NCBI GenBank assembly: GCA_965198115.1 | Contig: OZ240241.1 | Location: 3,360,001 to 3,424,000 of the forward strand | Reading direction: 5' to 3' | DNA from: Candidatus Latescibacterota bacterium | GTDB lineage: Bacteria > Latescibacterota > UBA2968 | Length of the DNA stretch: 64,000 bases | Shown here: positions 8,576 through 16,070 of the stretch, piece by piece | Layout of the letters: every line of letters starts with the position of its first letter | Position numbering within the stretch: position 1 is the stretch's first letter | Notes under the pieces: model-generated | The model's database searches: none | What the model was told of the DNA's origin: nothing | The model's input: the letters and a program-made list of their open reading frames with translations, nothing else | Made by a program: the position numbers and the translations under genes

Positions 8576-11500
8576 ATGAACACTCTCAATGAGGTGCGAA
8601 TGACAATCACTCCTGCAACACCCTGGCACAACACCTCCTACCAGACCTTCATCTCGAGCACGCTGCCCGACCTGTTGGCCGATCGTGTCCCGCTCGATGG
8701 CTACAGCGTCAACCGGGTCGACGACTACAACGTCAACGTCGAACTGTCGCTCAGGACGAAGGGCGGCTCGATCGATCTGTCGTTCGCTGACGTGCCGGCC
8801 CCGGATGAACACGGCCTGTTCTTTGTGGACGGACAACAGGAGAAAAATGGCGGCTACCGCGTTGTCGTTCCGTATCCCGACGGGTTCGACCTCACAAAGG
8901 CGAACATCCTGTGCGTCGGCGAACAGTTGGCCGAATTCGTGGAGGCACGACTGGGGGATGCGCCGAACGATCTCGACTGGGATCAGAAGCTGGCGGAAGC
9001 CTGGCTGCCGGTCACCGGCTGGCTGGACACGTTCCTTCGGACCCAGCCCACGTCCCAATTTATCCAGAGCACGAACTGGCTGGACCGCACAACGCATCTT
9101 CGTCGCATCACGCTCGTCCCGATCGCCTTCGCCGAGGGTCCGTCGGAGAAGACGCACATCATACCCTCACTCCCCACGAGATCGCACTACCTGATGTCGC
9201 CCGAAGACGCGGCGGCGGGCTCGAAGCGTGGGTTGACCTGTCCCATCATCCAGCCCGAAGGCCCGAATATGGGTTGGATCTTCGAAGTCGCCCGGGGCGC
9301 GGAGATCAGGGACGGACGGCTCGTCCGCATCGAAGGGGCAGATCCCGCGGACGCGTCCCTCAACGTCGGCTGGAGCGGCTCGATGATTCCCTTCATCGAG
9401 CACACCGACTCCGCCCGCTTGCTAATGGGCGCGAATATGATGCGTCAGTGGATTGCTCCGAGGAACACGGCTGGTCTCCCGTCCGTCCAAACTGCGCAGA
9501 CCTATCCCGAAGATCTCGTCGACGCGCTCTCGAATCCACCCGGCCCGACACCCGAACCTGCGCTCGTCCAGACGGGAACGGAGCCGGATGACGCCGACTA
9601 CTGGGCGGGCTATAACCTGCTGACTGCCTTCACGATGTGGGACGGTGACACGTTCGAGGACGGCGTCGTCTTGTCCGAGTCCGCGGCGGCAAGGATGGCC
9701 TTCCCAGCCGACGTCGATCTCGGTGATAAGTTGAGCACGCGTCACGGCTTCAAGGGCGTCGTGTCCCGTATTCTACCCGACTCTGAAATGCCCGCGCTTC
9801 CCGACGGTACCGCGGTCGACACCATCATTTCGCCGACCAGTCTGATCTCGCGAGTCAACTTTGGTCAGCTGCGAGAAGCTGTGATGGGCCGCATCGCTCA
9901 CGCCGAAGGCCAGCCTGCGGTCGTGCCCGCCTACGAGGCACTGTCAATCGAAGACTTGAAGAGCCGGTTGAAAGGGGTGGGGCTGCCCGAGGATGGAATG
10001 GACCAACTGACACTCGGCGGAGAGGCGCTCCCGCACAGATCGACGGTGGGCTACGTCTACTGGGGGCGCCTCACGCATCTGTCACGGCACAAGCTGCGCG
10101 GTACGGACCACCTACTGGGGCCCGTGCTCTTCGGTGAGCGGCAATACTCAACGCTGAAAGGTCTCAAAGCCTACGCCACGATCGGCGATCTGCTACGACG
10201 CGCAACGGAAGCAGGCAACACCGTCCCGACACTGGACAACGTCACGGCCAAACTCAACGAGGCCGGCATTGTCCTCGAGCGGAATGGAGAGGAAGTCACG
10301 TTCTCGACAAACGGCACGAAAGGCTATACCCTCGCCTCGCCGGTCCCTCACCCCTGGCATCCCGAGGTCGAACTGAGGGCCGTCAGCGAAGGCGAAGGCG
10401 ATCTCTACGACGACGTCGTCGCGGCGGACGAGCGGGTGCGTCGCCTCGACGACAACGCGCCCGCCCCGCTGAAGTCGGCGGCGATCGAGCGTCTTGCCGC
10501 GGCCGTCGGCGACTATCTGGACGCATCCCTCACACCGAGCGATCTAGAAATCGACGCGCGTGTGCCCGATAGCGGCCGTGCCGTCATCGTCCCCGGTGCC
10601 GAGCTCGCACTCGATCAGATCGGTGTCCCTCGCGAAATGGCGTGGACCCTGTTCGGTGAAGACGTCGCGTCGGAGCTAGGCGAGGACGCCGTCGAGAAGC
10701 GAACGAAGGCTGCTACGTCACGTCTGGAGGAAATCGCCAACTCCGCCCATCTCCTGATCCACAAGGGCGTCCACATCACAGCCACGTCTGTGCTCGCTGC
10801 GCGGCCCGTCCTCATCGACGATCCCGTTATCCGCATCCATCCGATGCACTGCGCGCTTCTGGATGCCGACTTCGACGGCGATCAGGTCGCCGTCACGCGG
10901 CTCAAGTCAGAAGACGCCGTTCGCGAATGTGTGGAACGACTTTCCATCGCCGGCCACCTGCGTCACACACCCGACGCGCTTCGAATCCTCATCGGACGGC
11001 CGCACGGAATCAACTGGGGCTTGACCCGGCTTGCCAGAACGGCTGACGGTCGGAAGAAGATGACAGACATAGCCGGCGAAGCGATCGGTGAGGATTACGG
11101 TGGTCGCCGGTCTTATCTCGCCCTGCTCGAGCGCATCTTCGAGCGGGAAGGCGACAACGACGAGGGCTTGGCTAGAACGTTCGCCATCTACGACGGCCTG
11201 ATGCGACTCGGGCTCCAGGCGTGCAAGGAATCGGGCGTCTCCATCAACCCGTTCCTCGGTGCCTCTCTCGATCTGCCCGCGCCACCGCAATCCGACGATC
11301 TCGAATTGATGCATATATACAAGGAAGAACTCATCGCCGCGCTCAATCAGCATTCGGATCCCGATGACGGCGATGTCGGCACCTTCAACAGCTTCCGGCT
11401 CACAGGAACACGCGGCAGCGATGGGCAATACGTCCTCTACTTCGGCGCCATCGGCCACGTCGAGGGCGTCAACGTTCGTCACGGCTACATCAAAGGCCTC

Positions 11501-11740
11501 GACGTCGACGAAACCGCCGCCCTCAGCGCGAGAACAAGAGCCGCCATCGCCAGCGCCAACCGACAGATGGCCTCCTTCGACGATCGCCCGACCCTTCCCG
11601 GCCGCTCCTACGGCGTCATCGCAAGAGCGCGCAGAAGCGATCGCCCTGGCGTCGTCTTCGCACGGGCAGCCGCCAGAGGTGAAGTCGATCCCTTGGAGGA
11701 TGTTGATGCGCGGATCTTGTGTGGCTTGCCGGTGACATAG
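8576..11740 (+). CDS. Miniaturised single-chain RNA polymerase: fused RpoB-like and RpoC-like core (1054 aa)
   Basis: Beta motifs in order: SQF...TNWL..TTHLRRI, CPIIQPEGPNMG, IPFIEH.D..RLLMGANMMRQ, FEDGVVLSE, GDKLSTRHGFKGVV, MP.LPDGT.VD, SRVNFGQ, TVGYVY...L.HL. Then beta-prime motifs: LASPVPH.W, clamp helices, RV..SGRAVIVPG, HP..C...DADFDGDQ.AV, G.RGS..Q, GY.KGL and A.RGEVDPL. Confidence 0.9.
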   Translation: MNTLNEVRMTITPATPWHNTSYQTFISSTLPDLLADRVPLDGYSVNRVDDYNVNVELSLRTKGGSIDLSFADVPAPDEHGLFFVDGQQEKNGGYRVVVPYPDGFDLTKANILCVGEQLAEFVEARLGDAPNDLDWDQKLAEAWLPVTGWLDTFLRTQPTSQFIQSTNWLDRTTHLRRITLVPIAFAEGPSEKTHIIPSLPTRSHYLMSPEDAAAGSKRGLTCPIIQPEGPNMGWIFEVARGAEIRDGRLVRIEGADPADASLNVGWSGSMIPFIEHTDSARLLMGANMMRQWIAPRNTAGLPSVQTAQTYPEDLVDALSNPPGPTPEPALVQTGTEPDDADYWAGYNLLTAFTMWDGDTFEDGVVLSESAAARMAFPADVDLGDKLSTRHGFKGVVSRILPDSEMPALPDGTAVDTIISPTSLISRVNFGQLREAVMGRIAHAEGQPAVVPAYEALSIEDLKSRLKGVGLPEDGMDQLTLGGEALPHRSTVGYVYWGRLTHLSRHKLRGTDHLLGPVLFGERQYSTLKGLKAYATIGDLLRRATEAGNTVPTLDNVTAKLNEAGIVLERNGEEVTFSTNGTKGYTLASPVPHPWHPEVELRAVSEGEGDLYDDVVAADERVRRLDDNAPAPLKSAAIERLAAAVGDYLDASLTPSDLEIDARVPDSGRAVIVPGAELALDQIGVPREMAWTLFGEDVASELGEDAVEKRTKAATSRLEEIANSAHLLIHKGVHITATSVLAARPVLIDDPVIRIHPMHCALLDADFDGDQVAVTRLKSEDAVRECVERLSIAGHLRHTPDALRILIGRPHGINWGLTRLARTADGRKKMTDIAGEAIGEDYGGRRSYLALLERIFEREGDNDEGLARTFAIYDGLMRLGLQACKESGVSINPFLGASLDLPAPPQSDDLELMHIYKEELIAALNQHSDPDDGDVGTFNSFRLTGTRGSDGQYVLYFGAIGHVEGVNVRHGYIKGLDVDETAALSARTRAAIASANRQMASFDDRPTLPGRSYGVIARARRSDRPGVVFARAAARGEVDPLEDVDARILCGLPVT

Positions 11741-11825
11741 TCATCTGACCGACATACACGTCAAAGCCGCGGGTTGGTCGAGAGGACCGATCCGCGGCTT
11801 TTATTATCAGAAAGAAGTCGCCTGC

Positions 11826-11999
11826 TTGTCATTTCGACACGGTGTCACCCGCGACCAGGAAACACACCATCGCGATCTGCGGCGACCCGTGGAGAAATTC
11901 CTGCGCCTGGATGCAAGAGAGCCTGTCACGTTGTCCCTTCCCGCAGGGATCTCTCACCCGTGGCGAGGGCCGAGGCTCAAATCGGGTTCGAGATGACAA
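11826..11999. repeat. Long nested imperfect hairpin element
   Basis: Outer arms TTGTCATTTCGA and TCGAGATGACAA; inner arms GAGAAATTCCTGCG and CGCAGGGATCTCTC. Confidence 0.65.
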
Positions 12000-12518
12000 A
12001 CTAGATGCGCGATCTGGATCCCACACGTCGGTTCACCAAGCTGCTGGGGAAGACTACCCACTCGACGCCTCTTCGCCCGGTGCCCTCGGTGGTAGGTTTT
12101 CAGTGTATTCTGTGTGCTCTGTGGTTCCCTCTCTCACTGGGCAGGCTCACCCAAATCCCGCGGAGTCCTAGGCCAATGGAACTTCTCCTCCCCCGTCAGC
12201 AGCGCCCGATGCTCTTCGGATATGGTCTTCACGAAGTCGGGATCGGGATCGTACCGGTTCCACGCCTGGAACATCGTGGGCATATACCCACCCAGAATGA
12301 GAAGGCGTTCCCTGTTCGACCGGATGATGCCCGCCGAATGCATCAGGGATTCGTAGAAGAGTAGCGTCGAGCCCGCCGGAGCTTCGACCTGATGGATCAT
12401 AGAAGGATCTTCCATTGCCGCATCCACGATCGCATCACGTGAAACGTCGGTCCCCACCTTGTGCGTCCCTGCGATGACCGTCGTCCCGCCGTCATCCGGC
12501 CCTAGATCCGTCAGATTA

Positions 12519-13812
12519 GGGTTTGCCACGAAATAAGTGCTGCACTTTTCAAGGTAATGATCTTACGCTCGGAGTGTGGACGTCGAAACTCTCCGAACGA
12601 AGTATGAAGCCTTGGCTCCGGTGCTGACGGAACGCACGCGTCGTCTGTGGGCCGCCACGGAAGCCGAAGCGTTGGGTCACGGTGGGATCGCGATTGTGGC
12701 TCTGGCGACAGGAATGTCCAGAGAGCGGATCTTTCGTGGCATTCAGGAGTTGAGGTCGGACGAACCTTTGGACCCGGCTCGCATCCGGCGTCCAGGCGGC
12801 GGTCGTAAGCGGAAGGCCGACACGGACCCGACGCTGTGGCAGGACCTGAATGATCTGGTCGAGCCAACGACTGCGGGGTCGCCTGACGACAATCCTCTGA
12901 GATGGACATCGAAGAGCACTCGCAAACTGGCCGCCGAGTTGCAAGCGATGGGGCATTCGGTGAGCCCCAGGATCGTTGCCAATCTCCTGCACGAACACGA
13001 TTACACGCTGCAGGCGAATCGGAAGACAAGGGAGGGATCTGCACACCCGGATCGGGACGCTCAGTTCGTTTACCTCGATGATCGGATTAGCCAGCAGCAG
13101 CAGCAGGGCCTTCCCGTTATCTCGGTGGACACCAAGAAGAAAGAGTTGATCGGCGACTTCAAGAATCCTGGCCGAGAATGGCGACCCAAGGGAGACCCGG
13201 AGCGTGTGAAGGTACACGATTTCATAGTGCCTGCTCAGGGCAAGGCGATCCCTTATGGAGTGTATGATCTGAGCCGTGATGAAGGCTGGGTAAGTGTCGG
13301 TATCGATCACGACACGGCCAGCTTCGCCGTGAATGCGATCCGAAGTTGGTGGAAGAACATGGGACGGCCCGCCTACGGCACTTCGACGCATCTGCTAATC
13401 ACGGCGGACGCAGGCGGCAGCAACGGCGCCAAGACGCGGCTGTGGAAGTGGGAGCTGCAGCGCTTTGCGAATCGCACTGGCCTGACGATCACCGTATGCC
13501 ACTACCCTCCTGGCACTAGTAAGTGGAACAAGATCGAACATCGCCTGTTCTCCTTCATCGCTATGAACTGGCGAGGCAAGCCCCTGGTCAGCCTGGCTGC
13601 AACCGTGAATCTCATTGCCGGAACGACCACTCAAGCCGGTCTCCGAGTACGCTCCGAGATCGACAAGCGACCCTACCCTAACGGGGTCAAGGTGACCGAT
13701 GAACAGATGACCCAAATCGATCTCACTCCGCACGATTTCCACGGCGACTGGAACTACACGATCCGGCCAATGGCTCAACATTGAGATCGACCGTTTATTT
13801 ATTCGCGAACCC
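12519..13812 (+). mobile_element. ISAzo13-family IS
   Basis: Imperfect ends GGGTTTGC..AAATAA and TTATTTATTCGCGAACCC; 3-bp duplication TTA (12516-12518, 13813-13815). Confidence 0.88.
12576..13784 (+). CDS. ISAzo13-family transposase
   Basis: ISVDTKKKELIG, ADAGGSNG, PPGTSKWNKIEHRLFS and FHGDWNYTI motifs. Confidence 0.95.
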   Translation: MDVETLRTKYEALAPVLTERTRRLWAATEAEALGHGGIAIVALATGMSRERIFRGIQELRSDEPLDPARIRRPGGGRKRKADTDPTLWQDLNDLVEPTTAGSPDDNPLRWTSKSTRKLAAELQAMGHSVSPRIVANLLHEHDYTLQANRKTREGSAHPDRDAQFVYLDDRISQQQQQGLPVISVDTKKKELIGDFKNPGREWRPKGDPERVKVHDFIVPAQGKAIPYGVYDLSRDEGWVSVGIDHDTASFAVNAIRSWWKNMGRPAYGTSTHLLITADAGGSNGAKTRLWKWELQRFANRTGLTITVCHYPPGTSKWNKIEHRLFSFIAMNWRGKPLVSLAATVNLIAGTTTQAGLRVRSEIDKRPYPNGVKVTDEQMTQIDLTPHDFHGDWNYTIRPMAQH

Positions 13813-14462
13813 TTAGTCAGCGCCTTGACAAACGAGAAGTGGTAGAGACCCCGTTCCATATGACTGTATGCCGGGTTGATTCCACGATGGAAGCCAAACC
13901 GCTCCCCACCATCGGCCACTGGCCGGCGTATGTGGGCATCCGATTGCTGGAGCCGGGCCGGGCCACCGATGATTTCCTCTGCCATCCCGACAATGAACGG
14001 GCTCGTCAGGTAATCGAAAAAACACTGTGCCAGGTGCGGCAGGTTATCGATCCGGAAGAACTCCTCCGTCGTACTCGTGTTGAAGCAGTTCGGCCCGGGC
14101 ATTTCTCCGTTCCGGCGAAACTGATCCTCTATCTCATACAGCGTCTCCTTCAGCACATCGATCTCGTCCTGCGACAACACCTGTTCGACAATGACGTACC
14201 CGTAGATCTCGATGTGCAATCGCTGAGCGGGCGTCAGCGCGGGAAACGACTTTGCTTTCGGTTCTGCGGTCATTGATTCCGATCCCTTGGTTCCGTGGAC
14301 GTCACAGTGATGCCCATATGATAGGCCGGGCAGCGGCCAAGCCATCGCTCCTCTCACTGCAGTTCCGTAGGAATTCACACTACGATGGTGGTGCGAATGC
14401 GTCGGCCACCGAGACGAGGGACTCAAGCCCACCGCTTGGCCGCAAAAGTCGGGTCGAAAAAT

Positions 14463-15882
14463 GGCTCTATCCGGGTTTCTCAACGGTGAAACTATAGAAT
14501 GACAAGGTCATAGATCGTTCCCTACGCTTGGTTGTGTGTGTAGGACAATCAAAGCGAAGGGGGTGCGACCTATGACCGGGAGCAGATTACTATCGAAACT
14601 GCTGAGATTCAAGGGGTTCCGTGTTGTCAGCTGGTGGTTTGAGGGGAGAAGCTGTTTCGTCATCGCCGTAAAGCCACATAAGAATGGTTGTTGTTGTCCG
14701 GAGTGCGGCCGTCGAGGTAAAATCGTCCGCACAATGCCCCATCCGCGTCGGTGGCGTGACATTCCGGTGTGCGGGTGGAGGGTCTGGCTTCTCTACCATC
14801 CTCGGGAGATTCGGTGTCCTACCCACGGTCGTGTGGTCGAGGAGATTCCGTGGGCGGAGCGGTTCTCTCGGGTGACGTATCGCTTCGAGTATGCCATGCT
14901 GCGCTACTGCCAGACCATGACGCAGAAGGCGGCGTCCGAGTTACTGCGCATCTCTGCCTCGACGCTGTCGGATCTCCGTCACCGATCCATCACGCGGCTT
15001 CGTGAAGGTCATCGTATCCGAGGGCTCAAAACCATCGGGATCGACGAGATCTCCTACGCCAAGCGTCACAGGTACGCCACGCTCGTTTACGATCTGGACC
15101 GCTCCTGCGTGGTGTGGGTTGGCCGCGGCAGGGCGCGTAAAACGATCGATCGGTTCTTCACAGAGGCTCTCAGTCCCTACCGGAGATCCAAGATCGAGTG
15201 GGCCTGCTGCGACATGAGCGAAGCTTACATCGGAGCCATCCAGGAACACTGTCCGAATGCCAAGCTGGTCCTCGATCGCTTTCACATCGTCAAGGCTCTC
15301 AATGCCGCCGTTGACGAGGTCCGTAAGGACCAGTGGCGTAAAGCTGCCCCGGATGAGCGCAAAGCCATGAAGGGCCTCCGATGGCTCCTCTACCGGCACT
15401 CAGCGACACGCTCCAGAGGGGATACTCGGACACTCAAAGCACTGGAGAAGGCGAACTACCGAATCTATAGAGCCTGGAGACTCAAGGACGAGTTCGAGCA
15501 GTTCTGGGAATACAAAGCGCCCTGGGCTGCCGAACGCTTCCTGAAATGCTGGACGACGTCCGCACTCAGAAGTCGACGTGAACCCCTGCGAAAGTTCGTC
15601 AGGACCCTGCGACAGCACTTCTTCGGCGTCCTCGCATTCGTGAACACGCGTCTTACCAACGCCATCGCCGAAGGCCTCAACCGAATCGTCCAAATCGTCA
15701 AGAACCGAGCCAGCGGATTCCGCACACTCGACGCATTCAACGATATGATCTTCCTTACCGTCGGAGACATAAACATCCCTGAGCAGATTCCGAAGAGGTT
15801 CCGCACACGCTAACCGCGCCCCCATGCCAGGAACCACGGCACCTTCACCCACTTCATCTCGTTGAGAGATCCGGATATAGCC
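14463..15882 (+). mobile_element. ISL3-family IS, copy 2 (1420 bp)
   Basis: Near-identical inverted copy of 2027..3446; 8-bp duplication CGAAAAAT (14455-14462, 15883-15890). Confidence 0.93.
14536..15813 (+). CDS. ISL3-family transposase
   Basis: Differs from copy 1 at about 4 amino acids. Confidence 0.93.
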   Translation: MCRTIKAKGVRPMTGSRLLSKLLRFKGFRVVSWWFEGRSCFVIAVKPHKNGCCCPECGRRGKIVRTMPHPRRWRDIPVCGWRVWLLYHPREIRCPTHGRVVEEIPWAERFSRVTYRFEYAMLRYCQTMTQKAASELLRISASTLSDLRHRSITRLREGHRIRGLKTIGIDEISYAKRHRYATLVYDLDRSCVVWVGRGRARKTIDRFFTEALSPYRRSKIEWACCDMSEAYIGAIQEHCPNAKLVLDRFHIVKALNAAVDEVRKDQWRKAAPDERKAMKGLRWLLYRHSATRSRGDTRTLKALEKANYRIYRAWRLKDEFEQFWEYKAPWAAERFLKCWTTSALRSRREPLRKFVRTLRQHFFGVLAFVNTRLTNAIAEGLNRIVQIVKNRASGFRTLDAFNDMIFLTVGDINIPEQIPKRFRTR

Positions 15883-16070
15883 CGAAAAATAGACCCCGGC
15901 CAGGAAGCGTACCGGGGTGACAATCACCTTCGTTCATCCCCCAATGTTCTCAGTGTCCTCAGTGGCGCCTTATGGAGCCGGCCCCACACGAACGTAGAGG
16001 TGGTCCGTTCGTGTCTTTCGTGCCTGCCCGCCGTAGCTCCGCGAAGGCGGGTATTTCGTGGTATGCCTTT

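Larger units (their letters stand above)
12134..14273 (-). pseudogene. PhyH-family gene split by ISAzo13
   Basis: Removing 12519..13812 and one TTA restores the frame ...FVKALT-NLTDLGPDDGGTTVIAGTHK...ESLMHSAG. The N-terminus carries the IYGYVIVE motif. Confidence 0.88.

Noticed and set aside
8576-11740. Housekeeping rpoB/rpoC, or a decayed or misassembled copy of them
   Set aside because: It is under 40 percent of the expected length, strongly diverged throughout, free of stops and frameshifts, with deletions matching structural domains, and it lacks the ribosomal-protein gene context.
7758-11740. Prophage- or plasmid-encoded polymerase
   Set aside because: No integrase, phage structural, replication or conjugation genes are in the window, and base composition resembles the flanking host genes.
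2027-15882. Composite transposon bounded by the two ISL3 copies
   Set aside because: Each copy has its own different 8-bp target duplication, so they inserted independently.
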